Positions 51,401 through 62,579 are shown, numbered from the stretch's first letter. The stretch is DNA of 64,000 bases from Nibricoccus sp. (GCA_047602425.1 JASGHG010000001.1:3584001-3648000), one strand, 5' to 3'. Numbers and translations: made by a program. Notes: a model not told the origin generated them from the letters alone.

Positions 51401-51983
51401 TGGCAACGGACTTGGCCTCGCCACGGTGCATTCCATCGTGAAAAAACATCTCGGCCATATCACGGTCGAGTCGGCGCTCGGCCAGGGTACCAAATTCAAA
51501 ATCTGGTTGCCGGCCGCGGAAATCGCCCCGGCCGTGGATAGCACTCCGCCGATTTTTCATCCCATCGCGCCGGGAAATTTTTCCGTGCGCAAAAAGCAGG
51601 TGCGAATTTTATTCATGGACGACGAGCCGGCGGTGCGGCGACTCGGGCAGACGCTGTTGAAACGCATGGGCCACGCCGTCACCGCAGTTTGCGATGGCGC
51701 GGAAACCCTCGCCGAATACGAACGGGCCCGTCAGGCCGGGGAGCCATACGATTTGGTCATCTTGGATCTGACAATTCCGGGAGGCATGGGCGGCCGGGAA
51801 GCGATGGAAAAGCTCCTGCTCATCGATCCGAAGGTGAAAGCGATCGTCTCCAGCGGTTACTCCAATGACTTGGTTCTGTCCAACTACCAGGCGCACGGGT
51901 TTCGTGGCATGGTTTCAAAACCCTACGACCCCACCGACCTTTCGCACGCCATCGACCAAGTGCTCAAAGGCGATCGAGCGTGA
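48429..51983 (+). CDS. Hybrid sensor histidine kinase with repetitive periplasmic region and receiver domain
   Basis: Signal peptide; repeated G-V-V...IQD units; TM; AHDFNNLL, G-boxes; REC (MDDE, DLTIPG, KPY). Confidence 0.92.
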   Translation: MILPRWVPVGTRSFSNARFIRALFVCVSLAVFGKIACAQTAEAEFATSGKAFITSFQQYWDLAPTERAKSLDFRIECFVTYFDPEWKILFMQDMRGEPAYVLYGANPFPFHFGQRVVASGKLPPSKGDISFENAVIVEQGRSLPDALPIGGKLEDVQKWGGRYVTAEGFVESARRIPPGHVQITLVIEGVPITVWLLFDPTVPVPNINDATVRVSGVFNPKPSQDGKPPSFEIMLSGVDQLTVLHELKDDPRFKTAAVPIHSLPGISPDKLVRVTGLVKAQEAGRFVRIRDDAGQIDILTVQSRTFAINEQVEAIGFPLIDGTEWRLARGLVRPLQGPSTGGLAVGKDKSATLRLASQVLELSAEEAMEGRPVWLTGVVTWSNANAPFFFIQDSSGGVCIMRANSNSPVRSVGRNMDVRGVTGMGRFSPVVLASRFERVSDVVLPVARQISLEHALTGVEEAQWVEMRGYLRQVNKQDGWNELELATSAGDFIAVLPLAQEVDQFIGSVIRLHGVCSASASERRKLTGIKLWVPSVSYVQVEESAPQNPFDVPVRTLASLGQYGGLQSFSQRVRVSGVVLHQTPGHLVYIQDGTDSLTIYSRSNEILKPGDKIEAVGFLGRQGGRVDLREAVYRKVGVENEPLPKPVVIGNQPLVEEDGRLVSLTGDLIDNSATHDQVRLTLQKQNVIFEAFLDDAGPDNALTQLQKGSQLALVGVYEVRRNEYGQPATFVLHLRTANDVKVLQSPPWLTRRLILGFAGTLGLGTVVFIAWVTALRRRVKIQTAQLREQMQRELWLKEELQRASKLDSLGLLAGGIAHDFNNLLTVMMGNISLAGYDANLTPETVESLRSAEQAATRARDLTQQLLTFAKGGAPLRVAVSLPEVVQEVTEFALRGSNTRCEFDQPVDLWPANVDKGQIAQVVQNIVINALQAMPSGGVINISLSNEIVGSELAQVLAPGRYVRLSIADHGPGIAPENLPRIFDPYFTTKKHGNGLGLATVHSIVKKHLGHITVESALGQGTKFKIWLPAAEIAPAVDSTPPIFHPIAPGNFSVRKKQVRILFMDDEPAVRRLGQTLLKRMGHAVTAVCDGAETLAEYERARQAGEPYDLVILDLTIPGGMGGREAMEKLLLIDPKVKAIVSSGYSNDLVLSNYQAHGFRGMVSKPYDPTDLSHAIDQVLKGDRA

Positions 51984-52222
51984 GCCTGAGGTTGCCGTGA
52001 TGAACGGTTTTGTAGTCGACGTGTTCACTCCGCGGATTTCGTGTCGGCGATCGCAGGAACGGCTGGGGAATCGGTCGCCGTCTTAAGACGAGTTCTTGCC
52101 GGCCGAAGAGTGCTCAAGCCCATCGGCATTGAAGACGGCGCGTTCGGGTCGTTTCCGCTTGCCACGTCCGGATCTTGCGTGAGGCTGTCCAACCCCACTG
52201 CCAAACTAGGAATTTAGCCCCC

Positions 52223-52807
52223 ATGAAGATCTCCAAACGCGGCGAATATGGTTTACGTGCCATGATCGATCTGGCGCTCGCAGCCGAGCTCGGGCGTGAC
52301 CTAGTGCAGTTAAACGAGTTAGCCGAAAGCGAGAAGATCCCGGTCAAGTTCCTCGAACAGATCGTTCTCGCGCTCAAAGAAGGCGGTTTCTTGGAAAGCG
52401 TGCGTGGTAAATACGGCGGATATCGACTCGCCCGGCCTGCGAAGGAAATCTTGATCGGTCAGATCGTCCGGTATCTCGACGGGCCGCTCGCGCCAATCGG
52501 CTGTGTCAGCCAAACCGCCTATCAGCGCTGTTCCTGCCCTGACGAGGACCACTGCGGTCTGCGCATGCTGATGCTCGATGTGCGCAACGCCATCGCGAAC
52601 ATCCTCGACCGCTACACGCTTGCCAACGTGGTCGAAGTCACGCTCCGAAAAATGCGAACGAGCAAGATTGAACTCCCTTTTGCGGTTAAACCAAGCGCCG
52701 CCAGCCGCGCCAAAAAAACCGGGACCCTCGCTCCCGCTTCCTCTTCTTCCCACCCCACGCCCTCGGAGCGTGGATTGAGCGAATTTCTTTTTGGTGAAGG
52801 CATATGA
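52223..52807 (+). CDS. Rrf2-family regulator with Cys cluster and C-terminal extension
   Basis: YGLRAM, FLEQI, SVRGKYGGY.LA, CVS...CSC....C. Confidence 0.92.
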   Translation: MKISKRGEYGLRAMIDLALAAELGRDLVQLNELAESEKIPVKFLEQIVLALKEGGFLESVRGKYGGYRLARPAKEILIGQIVRYLDGPLAPIGCVSQTAYQRCSCPDEDHCGLRMLMLDVRNAIANILDRYTLANVVEVTLRKMRTSKIELPFAVKPSAASRAKKTGTLAPASSSSHPTPSERGLSEFLFGEGI

Positions 52808-53764
52808 AAAAAATCATCGCACTTTTGGTGGCTGCGGCACGCGCTCGTCACGACACTCTCCGCGAAGACCGTTCTGCGCGTCGGTTACTTTCCCAACGTC
52901 ACCCACGCGCAAGGCGTGATCGGCAAGACGCTGACCGCGCAGCATAAAGGCTGGTTCGAGAAACGTCTTGGACCTGACGTCGAAATTCAATGGTACGCCT
53001 TCAACGCCGGGCCGAGCGCGATGGAGGCGATTTTCGCCGGTTCGCTCGATCTGACTTATGTCGGACCCAATCCCTCGCTCAACGCCTACATTCGCTCGAA
53101 GGGCGACGAAATACGTGCGATCGCCGGGGCGGCCCGCGGTGGCGCCGCGTTGTTGGTGCGACCTGGTTCGGGCATCGAAAAACCAGCCGACTTCAAAGGC
53201 AAAAGGCTCGCCACGCCGCAGCTTGGAAACACTCAGGACGTCGCCGCGCGTGTCTGGCTGAAAAATCAAGGTTTCAAAATCACGCAGATGGGCGGCGAAG
53301 TTTCCGTTCTCCCCACGTCTAATCCCGACCAGCTTTCGCTGTTCCAACAAGGCAAGATCGACGCGGTATGGACGGTGGAGCCCTGGGTCTCGCGCATCGA
53401 ACGCGAAGCGGGCGGCAAAATCCATCTCGAACAAAAAGACGCGGTGACGACAATTCTCGTTTCCAGCGTCAAGGCGCTCACGAACCAACCCGAGCTCGTC
53501 AAAAAATTTGCACAGGCGCACCGTGAGCTGACCGATTGGATCAATGCCCATCCGTCCGAAGCGCAAGGGCTCGTGCAGCGGGGCTTGAGCGAGGAGGTGA
53601 AGCGCGAGATCAAACTCGAACTCGTCGTCTCCGCCTGGCAGCGCCTGACCTTTACCTCGGAAATCACGCTGAGCTCAATCGAAAGCCTCGTCGCCGACGC
53701 GCAACAGCTCGGCTTTATCCGCGGCAAGGTGGATCTCTCGCGTTTCATCCAACTTCAGCAATGA
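52804..53764 (+). CDS. SsuA/TauA-like ABC binding protein with a +1 frameshift near 52838
   Basis: Signal peptide MKKIIALLVAAA is out of frame with LRVGYFPNVTHA; FNAGP, PQLGNTQD, VEPW. Confidence 0.85.
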
Positions 53765-54570
53765 CGCTCCAATCGGAACTCGCCAACGTCTCGCCGTCGA
53801 AACTCGCGGTGAGCGGCATCACCAAACGTTTCCGCGCGCGCGGACGCGAGGTGCATGCGCTCGATCACGTCTCGATCGACGTTGCCGAAGGCGAATTCGT
53901 TTGTTTACTGGGGCCGAGTGGTTGCGGAAAAAGCACGTTGCTCAATCTCATCGCAGGTCTCGACGAAGCCGATGAAGGGACGATTTCCAGCGACGGCCAA
54001 CCGGTCACAGGCCCGGGCCGCGACCGCATGGTGATGTTTCAGGAGTCGGCTCTTTTCCCCTGGCTCGACGTGATCGATAACGTGATGTTCGGCCTAAAGC
54101 TCAAGCCGGGACTAACCAATCCCGAGCGTCGCGAAGTCGCGCATTTTTATCTGAAACTCGTCGGACTCGAAAAATTTCTCCACGCCAACATCCACGAACT
54201 TTCCGGCGGCATGAAGCAACGCGTGGCGCTTGCCCGCGCGCTGGCACCGAATCCACGCGTGCTTTTGATGGACGAGCCTTTCGCCGCGCTCGACGCTCTG
54301 ACGCGTGAACAACTTTACGGCGACCTTCAGCGAATCCAGCAGCAGCGCCAGAAAACCATTGTGTTTGTGACGCACAATGTGCGCGAAGCCGTGTGCCTGG
54401 GCGACCGCGTGATTTTGTTTTCGCCGAACCCAGGCCGCATTCAGCAGGAGTTCAAAATCAATTTGGCTCGCCCGCGGGATATCAACAGCGTCGATCTCGC
54501 CGGCCACGCAACTACGATCACGAAGGCCTTGAAGGGCTTCATGAAATCCGAAGCGGAGGTGGCGGAATGA
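53761..54570 (+). CDS. SsuB/TauB-like ABC ATPase
   Basis: GPSGCGKS, LFPWL, LSGGMKQR, DEPFAALD. Confidence 0.92.
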   Translation: MTLQSELANVSPSKLAVSGITKRFRARGREVHALDHVSIDVAEGEFVCLLGPSGCGKSTLLNLIAGLDEADEGTISSDGQPVTGPGRDRMVMFQESALFPWLDVIDNVMFGLKLKPGLTNPERREVAHFYLKLVGLEKFLHANIHELSGGMKQRVALARALAPNPRVLLMDEPFAALDALTREQLYGDLQRIQQQRQKTIVFVTHNVREAVCLGDRVILFSPNPGRIQQEFKINLARPRDINSVDLAGHATTITKALKGFMKSEAEVAE

Positions 54571-55334
54571 AACGGTTTCTTTCAGCTGCGGCATTTTTCC
54601 TGGTCCTAGCGGTCATCTGGGAAATCCTCGTGCGCGCGAAGATCTGGTCGCCAGTGCTGGTGCCTTCTCCGCTCACGGTTGGTGAATACCTCTGGGGTGC
54701 GGTTCGGGACGGCACGCTGGCCGACGCCGCATGGGTCACCATGAAGCGCCTTCTTCTCGGCTATACCTTTGGTATCGTGCTTGGCCTGCCGATTGGCTTG
54801 CTCACGGCGCGCTTCAAAGTCTGCCAGGACACGATCGGCCTGCTTTCGCTCGGTTTGCAGACGCTGCCGAGCGTATGCTGGGTGCCGCTGGCATTGCTTT
54901 GGTTCGGCCAGACGGAGACGGCGATGTTCTTCGTTGTGGTGATGGGCACGCTCTGGTCGATGATCATCGCGACCGACAATGGCGTGCGCAGCATCCCGCC
55001 CATTTATGCCCGCGCGGCCCGCACGATGGGCTCGAAGGGTCTGCACACGTGGATAAAAGTGATGTTGCCCGCTGCGCTGCCGTTTCTCGTCGGCGGCATG
55101 AAACAGGGCTGGGCTTTTGCCTGGCGCTCGCTGATGGCAGCCGAAATTTACGTGACGATTTTGAGTGGTTTCGGTCTCGGCCATCTCCTGCATTACGGCC
55201 GCGAGCTGAACGCCATGGAGCAGGTGATCGGTGTCATGTTCATCATCGTAGTGATCGGCCTGCTGGCGGACAAAATCATGTTTTCGCCGTGGGAACGTTT
55301 CCTCCATCGCCGTTGGGGCACGCAGGGGAAATGA
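54567..55334 (+). CDS. SsuC/TauC-like ABC permease
   Basis: LQTLPSVCWVPLA, AARTMG, AWRSLMAAE. Confidence 0.92.
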   Translation: MKRFLSAAAFFLVLAVIWEILVRAKIWSPVLVPSPLTVGEYLWGAVRDGTLADAAWVTMKRLLLGYTFGIVLGLPIGLLTARFKVCQDTIGLLSLGLQTLPSVCWVPLALLWFGQTETAMFFVVVMGTLWSMIIATDNGVRSIPPIYARAARTMGSKGLHTWIKVMLPAALPFLVGGMKQGWAFAWRSLMAAEIYVTILSGFGLGHLLHYGRELNAMEQVIGVMFIIVVIGLLADKIMFSPWERFLHRRWGTQGK

Positions 55335-55360
55335 TGTTCGTCTGGCTAGATTGAACTACC

Positions 55361-57046
55361 CTAAGGGGTTGTAGGCGCGCGGAGGGACGACTTTAGTCGC
55401 ATAAAGTAGTTGCGAGCCGAAGAATCCTTGGCGGTTTTGAGGCCGAGCTCGATGAGTGATTGAGCATCTTCAGTGTAACCGTGCCGTGCTTTCAGCGCGG
55501 CATTTTTGAAGATGAGCTCGGTATTGCGTGGAAAGGCGAGCACTCCTTCATCGAGTATCGCTAAATTTTCGAAGGTAGGAACCGCTTCCGAAATCAACCA
55601 GGCGTCCGCGATGGTGAGATAGATTTCGGGGTGGAGCCGCTTTTGGGCAAGGGCGGCGTAGAGTGGCGTGAGAACGTCTTTGAGTTGGGTGGGGCTCAGT
55701 TTCTCGACGAGGTTATCTCGTTTGGCTTCTGCCATCCCGAGTTTTGCCAGCGTAACGTAGGGGGCAGGCTCATCGACTTTCGCCTGGACAGCTGCTTCCA
55801 GAAAGATGCGGGCGGCGGTGTAACTTTGTGTTTCATAGTTCAACAGACCAAGGGATCCCAGCATTCGTGGATCGGCGTGTTTCCGCATGATGGTTGAAAC
55901 GAGTTCGATGCGCGCATCGTCGTAGCGATTTACCAGGCGCAGGACGTCGCCTTTCATTCGGCCTGCTTCGGCATCGGTGGCTTGCCTGAGGTCCAGCGCG
56001 GGCGGCGGTGGCAATGCGGTAATTTTGGGAACGACTACGTGCTTATAGAATCCCCCTTGGACGTAGTCGCGAAGAGCAGATTCCATGTCGTCGAAACTCA
56101 TTTTGAAATAGCGCCTGAACATATCTTCGGTGACAGGTGCTTTGCAGGCTTCCTCAATAAACTGGAGAAAGGCATTCCGGTAACGACCCTTGTGGCTCAG
56201 CATCCCGAAGTGCACGAAGGCGAGGGCTTGATGCGAGAAGGTGCCGCCAGCCGACCTTTTGTATTCACGAGAGCCATACGTGATGGCGAAGAATTCAGGC
56301 ATGGAGAGCATGCGCCGCGGTATGCCCCTTTCATTGCTGAAATACCGGGTGAGGCTCATGTCGAGTTGAGCGAAGGTGATTTTGTCCTTTTTGACCTGCA
56401 AGGAGTCGAAATATCGCGCCACGCCCTCTTCAAGCCAGGCGGGCGGCCGTGGTTGGGTGCGGCTGAGCAGGAGCCGCACGTACTGTTGCCGAACCAGTGT
56501 TTCTCCGTCAATGAATTCGCTCCCTGTCCCCTGTGTGAACGTGTTACCTTCGCCGTCGGACCCTACAGAAACTCCGTCCCCGAAGAACGACTGAACATCC
56601 AGGTTGATCAGAAAGGTTGTGCCATAGTGGTCCTGGAGTGTGCTATAGACGAGGTTGCCGCGTCGCATGTCGATGCGCCCGGCTTCTTCGGGTGCAAGGG
56701 CCAGATATTTGTCACGCGAGCCGCATAAAACCAGAGTGATTTTGTCGCGTGAAATACTGGTGACTTGGGGAAAAAGCTGAACGAAGGCTTGATGGAATTT
56801 ATACAATTTAGCGGCGAAATCCTTTGTTTCCCGTTCCGAGGCATTGCTGAAAATCTCGAAATTTAAGATCTGGCCGGTCAGCCATTTTTCTTCGGGACGG
56901 AGTTTCAGTGTTTCCGACACGGCGAGTTCCGGCAGACGAATGATCTTTTCGGAGAGAAGCGAACCTTCATCAGCCGGAAGTATGGCTGCCGAGAGAATAA
57001 AAACCGCTAACGAGAGACATAAAACCTGGCGTTTAGTTGTTTGCAT
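55361..57046 (-). CDS. Secreted DUF1570/gluzincin-like + TPR protein, metal motif degenerate
   Basis: Signal peptide; PAWLEEGVARYF; RQQYVR where HExxH is expected; helical C-terminus. Confidence 0.7.
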   Translation of the reverse strand: MQTTKRQVLCLSLAVFILSAAILPADEGSLLSEKIIRLPELAVSETLKLRPEEKWLTGQILNFEIFSNASERETKDFAAKLYKFHQAFVQLFPQVTSISRDKITLVLCGSRDKYLALAPEEAGRIDMRRGNLVYSTLQDHYGTTFLINLDVQSFFGDGVSVGSDGEGNTFTQGTGSEFIDGETLVRQQYVRLLLSRTQPRPPAWLEEGVARYFDSLQVKKDKITFAQLDMSLTRYFSNERGIPRRMLSMPEFFAITYGSREYKRSAGGTFSHQALAFVHFGMLSHKGRYRNAFLQFIEEACKAPVTEDMFRRYFKMSFDDMESALRDYVQGGFYKHVVVPKITALPPPPALDLRQATDAEAGRMKGDVLRLVNRYDDARIELVSTIMRKHADPRMLGSLGLLNYETQSYTAARIFLEAAVQAKVDEPAPYVTLAKLGMAEAKRDNLVEKLSPTQLKDVLTPLYAALAQKRLHPEIYLTIADAWLISEAVPTFENLAILDEGVLAFPRNTELIFKNAALKARHGYTEDAQSLIELGLKTAKDSSARNYFMRLKSSLRAPTTP

Positions 57047-57123
57047 GCGAGGCCTTTCTTTCGATTCGGACATTTACCGCGTAAGTGTCCCGCTTGGGAA
57101 AACCCCATCGCGGGGATCAATTT

Positions 57124-57528
57124 CTATTCTGCCTTGGTCTGGAAGGTGAGCTGGTAGGGCGTGGACGGTTGGCCGCTGGTGTCCTTGAAATTTTTAAACT
57201 TGGGACTGTTGATCCAAAAAGCGTACTTGGTGTTTGGCTTCAAATTTAGCTTCAAGATGAAGGTTTTGTGGTCATCGGAGAAACTTGGTTTGGAAGCGAT
57301 GAGATCGGGTGCGATAGGTTTCTTTTGGTCGACGGGCGTAAATGTAGCGCTGTCTTGCATCGGTTTGCTGAACGTCACGCGAATCTCGGTCAGACCGGGT
57401 GCGATGTCCTTTGCATTGGTTAGGGGTATGGTGCTGACAACCACGGGAACAGAAGAATCGGCGGCGAGCGCCGTTAGCGACGCGGACAGTCCGAGGATCA
57501 AAGCGCTGGTGATGAGTAGATTTTTCAT
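57124..57528 (-). CDS. Secreted stand-alone Ig-like (Big_5/SbsA-type) protein
   Basis: Signal peptide; PVVVST.P, IRVTFSKPM, LKPNTKY..WIN, FKD..G.P..PY. Confidence 0.8.
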   Translation of the reverse strand: MKNLLITSALILGLSASLTALAADSSVPVVVSTIPLTNAKDIAPGLTEIRVTFSKPMQDSATFTPVDQKKPIAPDLIASKPSFSDDHKTFILKLNLKPNTKYAFWINSPKFKNFKDTSGQPSTPYQLTFQTKAE

Positions 57529-57552
57529 GGTAATTAGGTGGTTTTAAGTGGT

Positions 57553-59013
57553 TTAAGATTTGGCGATATCCTGTTCGAATTCGGCGATCCAAGCGTCCAG
57601 GTCGGAGCCGTATATGTTTTTTGCGGATTCGTAGGTTTGATTGGCGCAGAGCTGAAGGAACTTTTCATCGCCACCTTTTTGGTGAATTCGTTCCACGAAC
57701 GCGCCGGCGATGGGATAAATGAGATTGTCTTCGGTCCTTTTGAATGAGTTCTGCCAGAGTGAAACGATCGAGAAATTATGTGCTCCGGAGTTTTGGAACG
57801 CTTCACGTGCCGTTGCCAGGCGGTCTCGATCGCTGAGGTCGTAGTGTACGGCGATACCTTCGTTAATTAGACGTGTGGACCGGGTGGGCTTCACGGCATA
57901 GGCGCAAAGGATGTGGGTGAGTTCGTGACCCCTAGTTTGATCGACCCTGGAATGAACAACGACGCTAGCGGTATTGGCGAAACCGAGCTGGGAAAATCCG
58001 GCGACCTTGTTTGCTTCTTCCGATGAGCTCCACACGAAGAAATCAATTTTTTTTGGCGGAATTGCTTGGAAAAAAACATTCACGGTCTGAAATGCATCCT
58101 CACGCGTTTTACTGAATTTCTCCCGGACCTCGGTCGTGATCGTCGGGCTGAAATGGAAACGGATATGATCGGTCTCAACGATAGCCCAAGTTGAATAGCC
58201 GTCACTGAGCCCGAGCAGGTTGGCTATATCGTCAGTCTCAGCCAAGGCGCCTGGTTTGATTTTTTGCAGGGCTTGGCTGCACTTTTCATAGTCGCCTATT
58301 TGATAGTAAGCGCGTGCCAGATTGAGATAGGTCAACAATGTCAGGCCGGGGAAATCCGAGTCCGCATGTTTAAGGGCCTTGGTCAAAAATGGCAGTCCTT
58401 CCTGAGCCTGGAGTTTTTCAAGAAGGATTGTACCGCAGGTCGTAAGCATTTGTGGATCGTCGGGGGATTTCTTTAGTACGTTTTGTACTACGTCCAGGGC
58501 CTTGTCCCATTCACGTGATCGCGTAAGCCCTTTGATTTTCTCGATTACGTCGGCGTTTTTTGTTCTAGCGTGAGCCTTTTCTTCAGATTTAGCGGTGGCG
58601 CTGGTTTTGAAAAAGAACTGATAGGGCTGGGCATAGACGCCGTTGCGATCTTGAAAATGGCCGCCGCGCGGGCCGTTTATCCACAGACCGTAGGTGGTGT
58701 TGGGCTTTAACCTCGCATCCATGACGAAGGTCCGACCGTCGGCTTCCAGGCGGGGATTTGAGATTTTTTCAGGGACAATTTTTGTATCAACAGGGTTGAT
58801 CGTGTAACAGTCCTTCTTCACCGGCTTGCTGAAAGTGATGCGAATTTCGATAGGGCCGGAAGGAATCTCGGAGGCTCCGGCTTCAGGGAAAGTTTTGATG
58901 ACAACCGGTGGAATTTTATCGGTAGCGATTGTATCGACGGCGTGAAGCAATGGCAGGAATGAGAAGAGAAGCCCTGCGAAACAGGAGAGGGTGAGATTGA
59001 ACTTGGTTTTCAT
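57553..59013 (-). CDS. Secreted Ig-like + TPR + zinc metallopeptidase
   Basis: Ig domain, TPR helices, HELTH...NEGIA. Confidence 0.8.
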   Translation of the reverse strand: MKTKFNLTLSCFAGLLFSFLPLLHAVDTIATDKIPPVVIKTFPEAGASEIPSGPIEIRITFSKPVKKDCYTINPVDTKIVPEKISNPRLEADGRTFVMDARLKPNTTYGLWINGPRGGHFQDRNGVYAQPYQFFFKTSATAKSEEKAHARTKNADVIEKIKGLTRSREWDKALDVVQNVLKKSPDDPQMLTTCGTILLEKLQAQEGLPFLTKALKHADSDFPGLTLLTYLNLARAYYQIGDYEKCSQALQKIKPGALAETDDIANLLGLSDGYSTWAIVETDHIRFHFSPTITTEVREKFSKTREDAFQTVNVFFQAIPPKKIDFFVWSSSEEANKVAGFSQLGFANTASVVVHSRVDQTRGHELTHILCAYAVKPTRSTRLINEGIAVHYDLSDRDRLATAREAFQNSGAHNFSIVSLWQNSFKRTEDNLIYPIAGAFVERIHQKGGDEKFLQLCANQTYESAKNIYGSDLDAWIAEFEQDIAKS

Positions 59014-59093
59014 AACAGAAAGATTTCAGAAGTTTACGGTTACCCGGCCCACGACGCAGCCGTGGCGGATGATTAAATAAAAGAGACAGTGGA

Positions 59094-60581
<1,488 letters not shown>

Positions 60582-60631
60582 CACCTCCTAATCAGGAGAA
60601 AGGCGGATTTGTTACACGAATTCTCAGAAAA

Positions 60632-61396
60632 TTATCCCAACATGCTGAGCAGGTGGGCGATTTCGTCGTCGATTTCATCGGGAGTGCTCACGGTTTGGGC
60701 GATTTCGTCGCGAAATACTTCACGGTACCGCCGCCGGATTCGATGGGCGGCCACGCGGGCGGCGCCGGCGGAAAGTCCCAACGCCTTGGCGATAACGTCG
60801 TAGCTGATTTCTCCCTTTGGCGCGGTTAGGAAAATTTTGAGCTGATCAAACTCCGTCGCTTTGTTTGCGGCGACATATTCCTCGCGCAGGCGGTTCATCG
60901 TTTGATCGAGCAAGGTCAACGCCCAGCGGCGCTCGTAAATGACATCGGCCGACGCCTCGTTCAGCGGCTCGGTGCGGTAAAGATTTTCCGCGGCTTCGAC
61001 ATCGAGCGAAAGCGGTGCGACGCCGCCACCTCGCCGTTGCGCGGAGGCCCGGTCCAGAACGTTGGCGAGAAAACGTTTGAACGCGACGAGCAGGAAGGTG
61101 CGGAAGCGTCCTTTTTCGGGAGCCACGGAGCGCAAAAAATCTTTCTTTAGCAGTTGGGCGAAAAATTCCTGCGTGTGATCCTGGGCGTCGTGCAACGCGA
61201 AGCCCTGGCGTCGCGCGAAGGCGTAGAGAGGCTGCCAATAGGTTCGGCAAAGCGTTTCAAGCGCGCGATCGGCCTGCGGCGATTCCTTGGCCTGGGCGGA
61301 AAGCACCACCGTCCAACGAGTCGCGACAAAGCGCTCACTCTTGGGCTGGTCTGGGGTTTCAGTATCGGGCTCCACGGCAAAGCAAGTCAGAGGCAT
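60632..61396 (-). CDS. ECF sigma factor (kinase-associated type)
   Basis: TRWTVV, YWQPLYAF, DAQD.TQEFF, GRFRTFL, region-4 HTH. Confidence 0.88.
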   Translation of the reverse strand: MPLTCFAVEPDTETPDQPKSERFVATRWTVVLSAQAKESPQADRALETLCRTYWQPLYAFARRQGFALHDAQDHTQEFFAQLLKKDFLRSVAPEKGRFRTFLLVAFKRFLANVLDRASAQRRGGGVAPLSLDVEAAENLYRTEPLNEASADVIYERRWALTLLDQTMNRLREEYVAANKATEFDQLKIFLTAPKGEISYDVIAKALGLSAGAARVAAHRIRRRYREVFRDEIAQTVSTPDEIDDEIAHLLSMLG

Positions 61397-61642
61397 TAGC
61401 CGTGAATCGCGAGTTTAGAAAGGAAATTCTAGGAACACAGGTAGCCTCTACGAAATAGTTTGGGATGCACGTCTTGCGGCCATTCAGTTGCGCAGGATTT
61501 CGGGGGGACGAGTGAAGAAACTCCGTAACATCGGGCGGAATAACCCTAATATATAGACAAGTAGGCATAGGAATACGCGCGATTAGTAAAAATTAACCTG
61601 TCCCGGCCTGTGCCTAAACCACCCACAACATCCATAACCATT

Positions 61643-62474
61643 ATGAAACGCTCAGCCAATATCGTGTCCCTCGCGGGCGCGCTTGCCTCGCTCCTCCTTC
61701 TGTCCTTGACCGGCTGCAACTCTCCGGTGACGCCGATCGAAACAAAGATCACCCCCAAAGTCATCACCATCGCCAAAATCAATTCGAAAGGGATAAATCC
61801 CCAGAACGTCAACGACTGGCTATCGCCAAGCTGGCAGGACATCGAGACGTGGTGGCGAAACCTGCCGACCACACAGCCGCCGCGCGAAGGACTGGAAGCG
61901 GTGGTGGGCTGGGAAATTCTTTTCGATACCCGGGGAACCGATTCGAAGTTCCGGCAGGATTTATATCGCGCGGGTTTCAGCTACGATTTGAGCACGCGAC
62001 AGAACCTCAAGGGGCTGGTCACGAAGGCGACCATGACGTTTAGGTGCTACACGCTGCCGTCGGGCGTTGCACCCAACACCTTGTGTCAGCCGATGACCGG
62101 TGCCGGAGGTTCGTTGGTGGTGCTCGCTCCGTCGGCAACACTGCCAACTGCACCTTTGGATCTGGCCTACCTTGGCTCGGCTCGCAGCGGCGGCGCCTTA
62201 TCCCGCGGGCTCTCGTATTTTTGCGATTCCTCAGGGGCCCTATATCAGCGGAACGGTGGCACCCGGAGTGACTTCGAGCCCGACCGGACAGGGCACGGCC
62301 AGCTACACGGTGGATGTGACAGCCTACGTTAACGCAGCCTTGGAACGTGGTGCATCCGAGCTCTCCTTCATGCTGACGAGTTCTGATGAGGCCAACGTCA
62401 CGGTCTTCCCTCCGGGACCACTGGATTGCAAGACCGTCTATAAATTCGACGATTTAGTCATCCAACACCTTTGA
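61643..62474 (+). CDS. Lipoprotein of unknown function with a +1 frameshift near 62180
   Basis: Lipobox LTGC; protein-like sequence continues as LAAAAPYPAG...VDVTAYV in the 62100..62474 frame. Confidence 0.7.
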
Positions 62475-62478
62475 ATAG

Positions 62479-62520
62479 AACTAAATGGCAGGGTGCTGTG
62501 CCGCCCTGCCGTTTAGTTTT
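62479..62520. terminator. Hairpin/terminator after the lipoprotein gene
   Basis: AACTAAATGGCAGGGTG...CGCCCTGCCGTTTAGTT. Confidence 0.6.
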
Positions 62521-62579
62521 GAAGCTGCTAGCTGACAGGCACGGCGGAGCGTGCGGAGGCCTTGAGCCCATCAAGCGTT

